DNA of 63,915 nucleotides, the filler included, from Hyphochytrium catenoides (taxonomy: Eukaryota > Protista > Hyphochytriomycota), in assembly GCA_900088475.1 (NCBI GenBank). It is 11 parts of 11 records of this genome, joined end to end, with 100 filler letters (N's around TTAATTAATTAA, not from the genome) between each part and the next. Parts side by side here need not be neighbours in the genome. Positions count along the whole stretch, not along the records: positions 10,736 to 30,480 come from FLMG01004066.1; positions 30,581 to 36,798 come from FLMG01003350.1; 9 more parts are not named here. One strand, written 5' to 3'. A program made the translations under genes and the position numbers. Below, piece by piece: positions 24,252-33,942 of the stretch. The number at the start of each line of letters is the position of its first letter. Within the stretch, counting starts at the first letter, position 1. The notes beneath the pieces were generated by a model, which had not been told where the DNA came from, searched no databases, and saw only the letters and a program-made list of their open reading frames with translations.

Positions 24252-27053
24252 ATGACGTCTAACCCCCTTCACCTTCTCTCTCGGCAGAGAAGGTTACGCT
24301 CCCCCCAATCTTCTCTTTCTCTCTCTCCTTCTCTCTCGTTCTCATCCTGCGGCGGACGACGGCGTCAGAGCATTCTCTATCGGCTCTATCTACAGAGAGC
24401 CTTTGTCGTTGATAAGCATTGGCAACGAAGGAGAGAAATTGCAGCACTGGTCCCTCCTTCTCTCCCCCTCTCTCCTCCATACCATTCTTCATCACTTTCT
24501 CATAGTATTTCCTTTCCCCTTGATGGTCCAGCCCGCAATCCTTCCAGGCGGTGGTCAACTTCCTGGGTAGAGGAGAGAGCAAAGGAGAGAGAGACGGACC
24601 TCTCTCTTTCCGAGAAGACTCTCTCATCTTCTGCTGCTATTCTCTCCGAAGGGGTTCTCTCCTCTCCTCCCCGGTCTCTCCTTTTTTCTTCTCCTTCCCC
24701 GAGGCATATGGAGGAGAGAGAAGAAACGAGGAGAGATAGAGAAAGAAATGGTGGAGAAGACAGAGAGAGAAAGGAAGACAAGGGGAGAGACGAAAGAGTG
24801 CCCATCTCACGAGAACAAGAACAAGAGCCCTCTTCCGAGGTTAGGTATCTGCTGTCGAACTTACGACACGCTCGATCCCCATCCGATGCCGTGAAGAGAG
24901 TTATATTCGGACTCGTAGACCGAAAGTACTACGCTCGGGCGGTTCAGTTCCTTGTTGAAGATCTACCGAAGACAGAGCTCAACATTCAGCCCAGTGAGGC
25001 GATGTTTGCTCTGATTCTACGCGGATTATTGCGATCTGGGGCGCTCGCGGCGGCGGAGGAGCTTCTCCTAGACATCATGCCATCACAGGGCGTCTACCCT
25101 AGTATTAGAGGCTTCACAAGGCTCGTGCAAGCTTATGCAGACCGTGGAATGATGAACCACGCAGAGAAGATTGTCCTTGAAGGTCTGCCTCTTCTCTCTA
25201 TCTCTCCGGACACCATTCTCTTCGCAGCACTCATTAAGGGATATGGCCAATGTGGAGACATTGACGCTGTTAACAGCGTCTTTTATAACAGGCTCCAGGC
25301 AGCAAAGGTTGCTCCGGACATCATTGTGTCTCGCGCTGTGCTGCGTGCCTATCTCAGGAATGGCTTATGGACCAAAGCGGAGAATTTCCTTGTAGAAGAG
25401 ATGGGAAAACACGGCGTAAGAGCCGATGTCACGCTCTATACAGCGCTTCTGGGATGCTTAGGGCAAAGTGGGCATATAAAAAGGATTGAGACTATCCTCT
25501 GGAAGAGAATGCCCGAGGTTGGCATCTCCCCAAATGACATTACCTGCGCTACGGTCATCTCCGCCTTCTGCGCTGCGGGCCGCATAGACAGAGCGCAGGA
25601 CTTCTTGCTGAAGGACATGGAAAAGCTTCACATCATTCCAAATGAGTTCCATTTTGCCACTGTTATGAGCGCGTACGCCGTGGCCGGAGATGTCCATACG
25701 GTTGAGAGATTGTTCTGGGAAATCATGCCGAAGCAGAGGGTGCCGCGAGACAGAGTGGTCTGTGCCATTCTTCTAAAAGCATACTGCAGGACGCAGAATA
25801 TCTCACGCGCAGAAGAGTTCCTAGCAGAGGATATGAGGATGCTTAACGTCCGCCCACATGTTGACCACTACCGTCCGCTCATTGCCGCTTATACCGCAAT
25901 GGGAGAGCAATCACGTGCACACCATACGCTCCATACGAGGATGGTGGCTGCGGGCGTTAAGCCAGATGAAGATCTTATCTTTCACATGCTGAGGGCCTAC
26001 TGGCAATGGGGAGCCGCGGACGAGGCGGAGCGGCTAGTCACAGTGAAGCTTCCTGAATGGGGCGTCCCCGTGACGAATCGGATGTTCCGCGTGTTACTAT
26101 GGATCTACGCTGCGCAACAGGATCATGCTAACTTCGACCGCATTCTTTATGAAAGGATGCCCGCAGCGAAGGTGATGCCTGACAGTGAAGACTGTCGGTT
26201 TGTGCTCACATGCTTTGCGCATCAGGAGCGTCCAGATAGTGCGGAAAAGTTTGTGCAGGAGGTGATGAGGCAGCAATTCAATATCCATCCCGATCCGCGC
26301 CACTTGTCGGCACTCATCGAGGCATACGCACGAACCGATTCCCCAGAGGCCATGGAAGAGGTCTTCACAAAGACGATGCCGCAAATGGGCGTGATGCCCA
26401 ACTCTGAAGCTTGTCTGGCGATGCTGAATGGTTATTGCCTACAACGGATCTCAGAAAGAGCCGAGAGGTTCATTCTTGAGATCATGCCACGTCTGCATAT
26501 CAAGCCAGAGACTGCACACTTCAATGTCCTCATGGAAATGTATGGCAAGATGGGGAGCGTGACCGAAGCAGACATGATTTTCTCGGACAGACTCCCTCGC
26601 GCCGGTCTCTCCCCTGATCTGGAGACTTGTTATTGGATGGTACGCGCCTACGCTGAGATCCAGGACCACAGGCGAGCAGAGAAGTTCTTCGAGTATGAGA
26701 TGCCAAAAATGGGCCTTCGACCGAGAGAGAGACACTTCTCAGTCCTCATAGACTCCTATATCTTAGCAGGAAATCTTGATATGGCGGAAGAGGTTTTCTA
26801 TGGAAGACTGATCGAGCAGAGACGGGCAGTGCCCGGAATCTCTTCTTGTGCAGCGTTATTGGCTGGATATCTGAAGCTTGGAAGAGAAGACAAAGCCGAT
26901 AACTTCTTGAATGTGGAGGTTGTGAGGCTGGGCTTGGACCCATATGAGTTGGAAGCAAGCACTGAGCTGAAGTGGAGGAGAAGAAGAGACATGAGATTGG
27001 AAGAAAGGCAGAGAGAAATGGAAGAAGAAAGCAAGTGGGAGGTATGGTGGTAA
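24252..27053 (+). CDS. Pentatricopeptide-repeat-like protein (933 aa, 18 tandem 36/37-aa repeats), probably organelle-targeted
   Basis: Intronless ORF. Repeats follow the PPR pattern (I/V)xP(D/N)xxx(F/Y/C)xxLxxAYxxxGxxxxAxx(F/L)xxxxM. The N-terminus is Arg/Ser-rich and acid-poor, like a mitochondrial presequence. No E/DYW or SMR extension seen. Confidence 0.92.
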   Translation: MTSNPLHLLSRQRRLRSPQSSLSLSPSLSFSSCGGRRRQSILYRLYLQRAFVVDKHWQRRREIAALVPPSLPLSPPYHSSSLSHSISFPLDGPARNPSRRWSTSWVEERAKERETDLSLSEKTLSSSAAILSEGVLSSPPRSLLFSSPSPRHMEEREETRRDRERNGGEDRERKEDKGRDERVPISREQEQEPSSEVRYLLSNLRHARSPSDAVKRVIFGLVDRKYYARAVQFLVEDLPKTELNIQPSEAMFALILRGLLRSGALAAAEELLLDIMPSQGVYPSIRGFTRLVQAYADRGMMNHAEKIVLEGLPLLSISPDTILFAALIKGYGQCGDIDAVNSVFYNRLQAAKVAPDIIVSRAVLRAYLRNGLWTKAENFLVEEMGKHGVRADVTLYTALLGCLGQSGHIKRIETILWKRMPEVGISPNDITCATVISAFCAAGRIDRAQDFLLKDMEKLHIIPNEFHFATVMSAYAVAGDVHTVERLFWEIMPKQRVPRDRVVCAILLKAYCRTQNISRAEEFLAEDMRMLNVRPHVDHYRPLIAAYTAMGEQSRAHHTLHTRMVAAGVKPDEDLIFHMLRAYWQWGAADEAERLVTVKLPEWGVPVTNRMFRVLLWIYAAQQDHANFDRILYERMPAAKVMPDSEDCRFVLTCFAHQERPDSAEKFVQEVMRQQFNIHPDPRHLSALIEAYARTDSPEAMEEVFTKTMPQMGVMPNSEACLAMLNGYCLQRISERAERFILEIMPRLHIKPETAHFNVLMEMYGKMGSVTEADMIFSDRLPRAGLSPDLETCYWMVRAYAEIQDHRRAEKFFEYEMPKMGLRPRERHFSVLIDSYILAGNLDMAEEVFYGRLIEQRRAVPGISSCAALLAGYLKLGREDKADNFLNVEVVRLGLDPYELEASTELKWRRRRDMRLEERQREMEEESKWEVWW

Positions 27054-28345
27054 GACAGCAGGGCGTGCGCGCGAAAGTGGGAGAGGAGATGAAGGTGAGT
27101 GTCATATAGAGTATAGCGTTGCGTGTCGGCAACATGTTCCTTTCTTACGTTCTTGCACATCTCATTTTCTGCTCGCCCTGCTCTGTCTCTTTACCTCAGC
27201 CTAAAAGGCGCTGCCTGTTAGTTTGTCTCGCCATTCTCTGTGTCCTTTCCTTGTTTAGTTTCATGTTCCTTCGCCTTTCTCTTCCATCTCCCTTCCCGTC
27301 ACGCTGAAGTGCTTTTGCATATTCTTTACGTTCTCCTGTCCATTATTTGACTTTTCTGGCCTCTATTTGCGTGTCGCCTCTCCTCTCTCTCTCTCTCTGG
27401 CACTTTCGCATAATCTGCCTTCTCACAATATTCGTTTTCTGCGCTGTGCAGAAGCTTCATCATACCATGCAAGGAGAGAGAAAGGGAAAGAGAAGGGTTG
27501 TCGGCAGGCGCAGGAAGAGTAGCGAGTCGTGAGAGAGGAGGTGCTTTTGTTATATAAATTTGTCTTTCTCTCTTTGTCTTTTCTTCTTTTCAGATCTATC
27601 TCTTTCTTCGCCAGAACGGGTGGGATAGGCTTCCTCTTGTTTGCGGTCTCGAATCCTCATTGCCTGTCCCATGAAAGATAATATAGCTCTTCCTTTCCAC
27701 CTCGTTCAGATCTGCTTATCTAATGTCCCACAAATCTCGGCGTAGTTCTCTCTTCCTCTCTCAGTCTCTCTTTCTCTTTCACGGTCTCATTTCACATTTC
27801 CTTTATCCATTCTCAGTCCTATCTATCTCATTCTTTCAGCTTCCCGTCCTCCTCTCCATTTCGCTCGCTCGCTCACCTTCTATATCCTTCTTTCTAGTTC
27901 TTTCCGGCTCTCTATACCCTGGCTTCAGGTCTCCTTCTCTCTCTATCTCTCCTCTCTTCTAGCTCACTGCTAGCTCGATTCCTCTCTCTTTCTCTTTTTC
28001 CTCGCTCTCCCTCTTCTCTAGCTCTCTCAACTTCTCCCTCTGGGCCCCTCTTCCCCAGATTTCGTTTGCCTCCCAGGAGGAGGAGACTCTTTACAGGGAA
28101 ATGCACAGTAAATGAAAGCATCGCATTGTATCGGGAGAGAGAGAGGACATTTGCCGAGAAAGTGAAAAAGGCAAAGACTGCAAGCAATGCAAGAAGAGAG
28201 AGAGAGAGTTTACGATAGAGGCGCACTGCAACATTGGTACCAAGCGTCCTTTATGTCAGAGTAGGACGCCTAACTGGAACCGTCCTCTCTCTCTTCTTTC
28301 ATTTGTGAGTCTCTTTCTCCTCTTTCTCTCTCTCCTTTCCCGCGT

Positions 28346-30241
28346 CTACGCCTCCCCTATGAGAGTCAGTAGAAGAGTCCGATAATCTCCACTTGTCTCT
28401 CCCTGTTACAGAGAGAGAGAGAGTGTGCGACAGGAGGAGCGTCGGAGATCTTAGTGAGAGGAGTAGGAAAGCATAACTTCAAGAGAACATAACTGCACAC
28501 AGAGAGGGAGAGACTGGAAGAGAAGGGAGGGGGTATCTACTAGTCCTGCTGCCCTCTCGCTGGATATCTCAACTCTCTCCTTTATCTTCCCTTTCTTCCT
28601 ATGACGTTCCTTGCTTTCCTTCAGGACTCTTTTTCTCTTTTTCTCTCTTGTTCCTAACTTGGTAACGGTTTCGTCTGAATCAATCTCTCTCTGCTTTCCA
28701 CGCTTTTTAAGCGTTCTGTCCTCTGGCCCGTGTCCTTCCTTTCTTCTCTCATTTGTCTCTTCCTTTCCCTCCGTGCTCCTCTTACTTTTTCTCCTTCTTT
28801 CCCTCTCTCTTTCTCTCTGTGTACTTGCTCGTACATACCTCGATTCTTTTCTTCAACGTCTTTCCATAGATTTGCTGGTAGGCGGCCTTCACCTCGTTGA
28901 TCACCAGCTGATACCTTCACCAGCCACATCAGGGATTAGAAGCGTGTCAAACGGCTTCATCCACAATCCAAACAATGCTCATAGCATATCCATGCCCTCG
29001 AGGACTGATATGGGATGGGAAGACGGAAAGGAGAGAGCATTTCGGAATATGAAGCTGTCTATACCTGATCGCAGCTCTGCTGAGGCGCTTCTCGTCGGTG
29101 CCANNNNNNNNNNNNNNNNNNNNNNNNNNNNNNNNNNNNNNNNNNNNNNNNNNNNNNNNTCGCACTAGGGAGAGAAGAGGAGGAGGAGACACAGAGAAGA
29201 GAGGAGAAAGAAGTACGAGATGCGGCAGAAGGGCCGCGAGAGAGAGAGAGACAGAGAGAGAGGAGAGACAATGAGAGTAGGGGGAAAGAAATAGGGAGAG
29301 AGAGAGTAAAAAAGAAAAGGACGAAGCGATAGAAAGATAACCGATTGAGAGAAGAGGTCAGGAAAGAGAAGAAGGAAGTAAAGCGAGAGCAGAGATCAGG
29401 CATAAAAAGTCAACAGGCAAAGGGATGGTAGAGAGAGAGAGAGTCAGAAGAGTCAGAAACGGCTTGCGAGATATACTCGTAGGAACTTGGCGACATTTGG
29501 CCTCTCTCTCTCCTTTTCTCCCTCTCTCCACTTCACTGCGCCTCGACATGCTCTCTTTCTCATGGTGACCGTTGCGATGGTCAGTAGGAGCATTAGCGGA
29601 CTGCCTTTGCTTCTTCTCCAGGCGCTTTCCCCTTTCTCTCCTTCAGCATCTCCGCCTTCTCTTTCCATCTCTAGCGCTTTTCTCTCTCTCTGTCTCTCTC
29701 TGTCCCCCTCTCTGTCTCTCTCTCTCTCTCTTTCCATGGTTTATTACCAGCATAGAGCAGTCCCTGCTTCAGGTTGCCGCCAAACTCCTTCTCAATGGCC
29801 TTCTCCATGGTATAGCCGTACATGCTGGAATAGGTGTAGAAGACTTGCCTAAGTGTGAGAGACAGAAGAAACGAGAGTAAGAGAAAGAGATAAAGAGAGG
29901 AAAGGGGATGGAGAGAGACAAAGAGCGGAAGAGAGAGAGACCAAAGAAAGAGGCTTCTGAATGGAAGTCTGCATATACAGAAATAGCTCCGGTGCACTCC
30001 GCCCTAGAAGTTCTTTCCTTACCCTTTTCAAGACTATGTCTCTGTTTTTCTCTTTCCTTGTCCTTTCTCTCTCTTTCTCTCTTTTCCTCGCCTTTTACCT
30101 GAGATGGTGGTCAGGCCTTCCGCATAAGACTCTAATGAAGGTTTTTTCATCGGTCCCTAGTCTTCCCTGGCCTGCCTTGTAAAGTCGTTCTGCGTCCTTC
30201 TCCGCGTCGTAAGCCACTGTGCCACTCTCGTCCTGGAAAGC
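28346..30241 (-). CDS. Annexin, canonical type, 3' half (repeats 3-4); 5' exons lie beyond the segment end
   Basis: Exons 30241-30099, 29848-29748, 29164-29065 (spans an N gap), 28914-28839 and 28402-28346. Reads DAERLYKAGQGRLGTDEKTFIRVL..YGYTMEKAIEKEFGGNLK..GTDEKRLSRAAIRY..YQQIYGKTLKKRIEGETSGDYRTLLLTLIGEA*. Confidence 0.92.
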
Positions 30242-30480
30242 CTTTGGAGCGGAAAGACAAAGGAATACCGGCGAGAGAGAGGAAAGGAAGAAGCGAGTTA
30301 GAATCCTTCTTCCTTCTCTGCCCTCTCTCTCACCCTCGCTTCGCCTCGTTGACTCTGTCTTTTCAATTCCTTTCGATGGCCTCAAATACGGGTCCCCCTT
30401 CCGCCTTTTCCGCTTACTTTCAGTCCTTCTCTCTCTCTCTCTCTACTCTCTCTCTCTCTCTCTCTACCTCTCTCTCTCTC

Positions 30481-30580
30481 NNNNNNNNNNNNNNNNNNNN
30501 NNNNNNNNNNNNNNNNNNNNNNNNTTAATTAATTAANNNNNNNNNNNNNNNNNNNNNNNNNNNNNNNNNNNNNNNNNNNN
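30481..30580. other. Artificial contig-joining spacer
   Basis: 44 N + TTAATTAATTAA + 44 N. Confidence 0.97.
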
Positions 30581-31263
30581 TAGCGGTTCTCCTACTAACG
30601 TCTTCGTGAGAAGGGCCAGCAAGCATAGGTTCCCTTCGGTACATTATCACGCCGCATGATAGGCCCAAATCCGTGGTATGAGTCACTGCAGATGAGAAGC
30701 CTGCCTCTCCTCGCCACAAGTACCGCCAGCAGTAATGACTTTGACGGCACAAGCAACGAGATGAAGCAGGTAGAGCTGAACTGACGGGCCACCGAAAAAA
30801 GGATGGAGATGCTCAAGAAGAGATGGTAAAAGTATGTGCATTATTGCTTGGGCCAAATCCCGAATCTATCTAATAGACTTCAAAGACTTCAAATGGCTTA
30901 TCCTAAGACCCCAAATCTTGTTGCGGCCAGTCACCTCTCATCTGCAATGGCGATCCTCTCTCATCACGTGAGAGCTGTCATCGATAATGCAAGCTCTTCC
31001 TGGGTGAGCCTTGCTAATAAAATAAATATTAGGAAGAGTGCGCTGCACGGGTGGAGGTAAGGAGAATCGAGCCGCAAGAGCAGTATTGATAGAAGAGAGG
31101 GGAGGAAGCCCGTGGGCTACGAAGAGACAGCGGCGAATCATCTACGCAACCCTTTACATTTATTACATTGGACTGACCAGGTAGAGAGGAGACATGTGCT
31201 ATCTGGAAGAAGAGGATATGGCCAAGATGCCCAGATAAGAAAACTTTAGAGAGAAAGAAAGAC

Positions 31264-33942
31264 CTAGCGGAGAGCTTTGTTCCCTTCCGCCGGCTGAGCT
31301 TGTGGAGCCTTTGCCTGTTGCTCTTTAACGGGATTTGCCTGCTGGGTCTGCTGCTGCTTCTGTCCTGCTGGTGCCTGCTGCTGCTGCTGAGCCGCTTTGG
31401 CCTGCTGAGCTGGGGCACTTTGCTGACCCGCCTGCTGTTGCTTCTGTGCGCCTTGAGCCTGCTGTTGCTTCTGTGCGCCTTGAGCCTGCTGTTGCTTCTG
31501 TGCGCCTTGAGCCTGCTGTGGTGCGGCCGCTTGAGCTTGCTGCGCTTGTTTGGCGATTTGAGCCTGCTGCTGTTGTTTCTGTGTCCCTGCAGCTTGCTGT
31601 TGCTTGGTCGCCTGAGCTTGTTGCTGTTGGTTCTGCGCCACCTGAGCTTGCGGCTGCTGTGCGGCTTGGGCCGCTTTTGGGGTCGGCTGAACAGCTGGTT
31701 GTGGCTGTTGCTTTTTCTGGACAACTTGTGTCTGTGGCTGCTGCTGCACTGTGGTTGCAGTGGGTGATTGTTGCTGAGCTGCTTTAGCTTGCTGGGCCGC
31801 CGTGTTCGATTGTTGCTGCGGTGTCTGGGCCGTCCTCGCCTGCTGTGCTGCTTTCGCTGTCTGCGCCTGGACAGGTAGAGAAGGCATAACAGGCTGTGCT
31901 GCTGGCTGACTTTGCTGCTGTTGCTGTCCTGTCTTCACCTGTGGAGCTGGCGCTTGTTGTTGTGCGGTGGGCTGTGGCTGCTGAGCTTTAGCCTGCTGCG
32001 CCTGCTGTTGCGCTGCTGTCTGCTGCTGCTGCTGGCCAATTCCTTGCCCCTGCTGCTGTGTTGGTCGTGCTGTGACCACATTGATGGCCTTCATTGTTGG
32101 CGTGTTCGCGGCAACCGTTGGGACCACAGCCGTCACCACCTTAACCGTGGGTGCCACGGCAGTCGGTCCTCTGGTCGGCGCTTGAGCCGTACTGACAGTG
32201 ACCGCGGGTCCAACTGTTGTAGTCACTTTAGTGGAAGGTGTGACGACTGCTGTTACCTGCTGTTGCTGCCCGTTCACAGCTGTAGGGGTAGCAAGAGTGC
32301 TGAGACCAGTAGGTACTGCTGTCAGTATTTGGGCAGGGGGCAAATTCACTGGCTGCTGCTGCTGCTGCTGCGTGCCTGTTCCTGGGCCAACCCCTCCTGC
32401 CGTACTTCCGAGAGGTGGATTGACGACTCCTGGTTGCTGAACACCAGTGCCAACGTTGCCCGTGGGTCCAGCAGTATTGCCAACAGTTATTACCGGATTC
32501 TGCTGGACATTTACATTCGTGGTGGTTGTGGCACCCATCCCACCTGCAATGGCGCCATTAGGCGCAGCCAGAACCTGGTTATTGACGTTGTTATTGATTG
32601 TGTTCACGGTGTTCACACTGTTGACTACGTTTGTCCCTTTGTTGACGTTTACATTCGTTGTGCCTACGTTGTTAACGTTGGCCTGGCCCTTGTTCACTTG
32701 CTGCACAACCCCAACAGTGTTGACATTATTGCCGCCCACAACAGTGTTAGTACCTCCTACAACGGTGTTACTGGTACCGATGCCCGCGTTGACCTGCTGG
32801 AAGCCGCCGTTGTTGACAGTGTTAACCGCATTGATAGTGTTGACTCCATTAACAGCATTGACACCATTCACGTTGTTGATTGTATTGACCGCGTTGACAT
32901 TATTAAAGCCTCCACCACCGGTGCCAACCACGGTGTTGACCGCGCCGAACCCCGTGTTTATTTGCTGGACGCCGCCTACCGTGTTGATGGTGTTAACCGT
33001 GTTAAAGCCCCCGCCGTTGCCAATGATAACTGTCCCTCCATTCACCGCGCAGCCGGTTGTCAGAGCTTGGGATACAAGGTTTTGCACAGCGATAATGCAG
33101 CCAGAGCTAAGGTATGGGTTATTAAAAGCTCTGAAGCTGGTACTAAAGCTGCTGCTCCACCCGCTTGAGGTCCTGAAGTTGTTGATGTTGTTCCCTACCG
33201 CCGACATAAGGTTCAGCACTGCCACAGCACACTGGGGACTGATGTTCAGCGTATTGACAGCAAAACCATTGTTCAGTCCAGCAGCATTAATGACCGCATC
33301 AGTATTAATGAAGACTGTGCTTGTGAGGGCTGCATTCATGGCCGTCAGGCTTTGGATTGAGCTGCCGAGTTGTTGCACAGTCGCAGTGTTCAGTGTAGGC
33401 ATGATGACAGCAACATCTAGAGGGGGGAGCTGGCCACACTGTGGTAACATATTAGCTCCGCCGAGGTAAAAGCAGCTGTGTAGCCCTAGGGCTTGTTGTT
33501 GCTGGGCCACAGTCAAACCCTGACACGCCTGGACGAGCTGGTTGCCTGTAACGATGACCGCGTCTGACATGAAGGGGTCCATCGCTACTGGAGGGACATT
33601 AATGAACATTACGCCTAGTGCATTCCCATTGTTCACTAAGTTGGTGGCCACAGCTGCGGCGCAGCTTGCTTGGTCTTCCACAGTCAAGCCGAACATTGCG
33701 CCGGCGAGATCTACCGGTGGAGAAGGACAGGGTACGATGTTCTGTGTCACGCAAGAGCTGACTGCCTGTAAGGCCGCCTGGTTTGTGGTGTCAAACAATT
33801 GAGACATTGTGTCAGTGGCCAGCTGAACTTGGTTGACATCCACAGGGCAGGCGGTACCCAAGCATGCTCCTCTGACTGTGGGAGGCAGCAAAGCACAGAA
33901 CGCCGATGAGGCTAGGAGAGCGGCAAGCTCTGCACCGCGCAT
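31264..33942 (-). CDS. Secreted low-complexity protein (892 aa): signal peptide, Cys-containing head, Asn/Val/Gly/Thr repeats, Thr/Pro/Val linker, Gln/Ala/Lys tail
   Basis: Intronless ATG ORF with a hydrophobic N-terminus (MRGAELAALLASSAFCALLPPTVRG), 11 Cys in the mature head, (N/G)xVNT(V/I)N repeats and QQQQAQGAQK repeats. Synonymous variation among the Asn/Val repeats indicates real coding. Confidence 0.85.
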   Translation of the reverse strand: MRGAELAALLASSAFCALLPPTVRGACLGTACPVDVNQVQLATDTMSQLFDTTNQAALQAVSSCVTQNIVPCPSPPVDLAGAMFGLTVEDQASCAAAVATNLVNNGNALGVMFINVPPVAMDPFMSDAVIVTGNQLVQACQGLTVAQQQQALGLHSCFYLGGANMLPQCGQLPPLDVAVIMPTLNTATVQQLGSSIQSLTAMNAALTSTVFINTDAVINAAGLNNGFAVNTLNISPQCAVAVLNLMSAVGNNINNFRTSSGWSSSFSTSFRAFNNPYLSSGCIIAVQNLVSQALTTGCAVNGGTVIIGNGGGFNTVNTINTVGGVQQINTGFGAVNTVVGTGGGGFNNVNAVNTINNVNGVNAVNGVNTINAVNTVNNGGFQQVNAGIGTSNTVVGGTNTVVGGNNVNTVGVVQQVNKGQANVNNVGTTNVNVNKGTNVVNSVNTVNTINNNVNNQVLAAPNGAIAGGMGATTTTNVNVQQNPVITVGNTAGPTGNVGTGVQQPGVVNPPLGSTAGGVGPGTGTQQQQQQPVNLPPAQILTAVPTGLSTLATPTAVNGQQQQVTAVVTPSTKVTTTVGPAVTVSTAQAPTRGPTAVAPTVKVVTAVVPTVAANTPTMKAINVVTARPTQQQGQGIGQQQQQTAAQQQAQQAKAQQPQPTAQQQAPAPQVKTGQQQQQSQPAAQPVMPSLPVQAQTAKAAQQARTAQTPQQQSNTAAQQAKAAQQQSPTATTVQQQPQTQVVQKKQQPQPAVQPTPKAAQAAQQPQAQVAQNQQQQAQATKQQQAAGTQKQQQQAQIAKQAQQAQAAAPQQAQGAQKQQQAQGAQKQQQAQGAQKQQQAGQQSAPAQQAKAAQQQQQAPAGQKQQQTQQANPVKEQQAKAPQAQPAEGNKALR
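31431..31520. repeat. 30-bp coding tandem repeat, ~3 copies (QQQQAQGAQK)
   Basis: cctgctgttgcttctgtgcgccttgag repeated head-to-tail. Confidence 0.85.

Noticed and set aside
26934-27053. DYW/E editing domain on the PPR protein
   Set aside because: The tail is only ~39 aa and has no HxE/CxxC deaminase motif, although it ends in WW.
31300-33802. Plus-strand ORFs of 155, 150, 418, 340 and 86 aa
   Set aside because: Antisense shadows of the repetitive 892-aa minus-strand gene.
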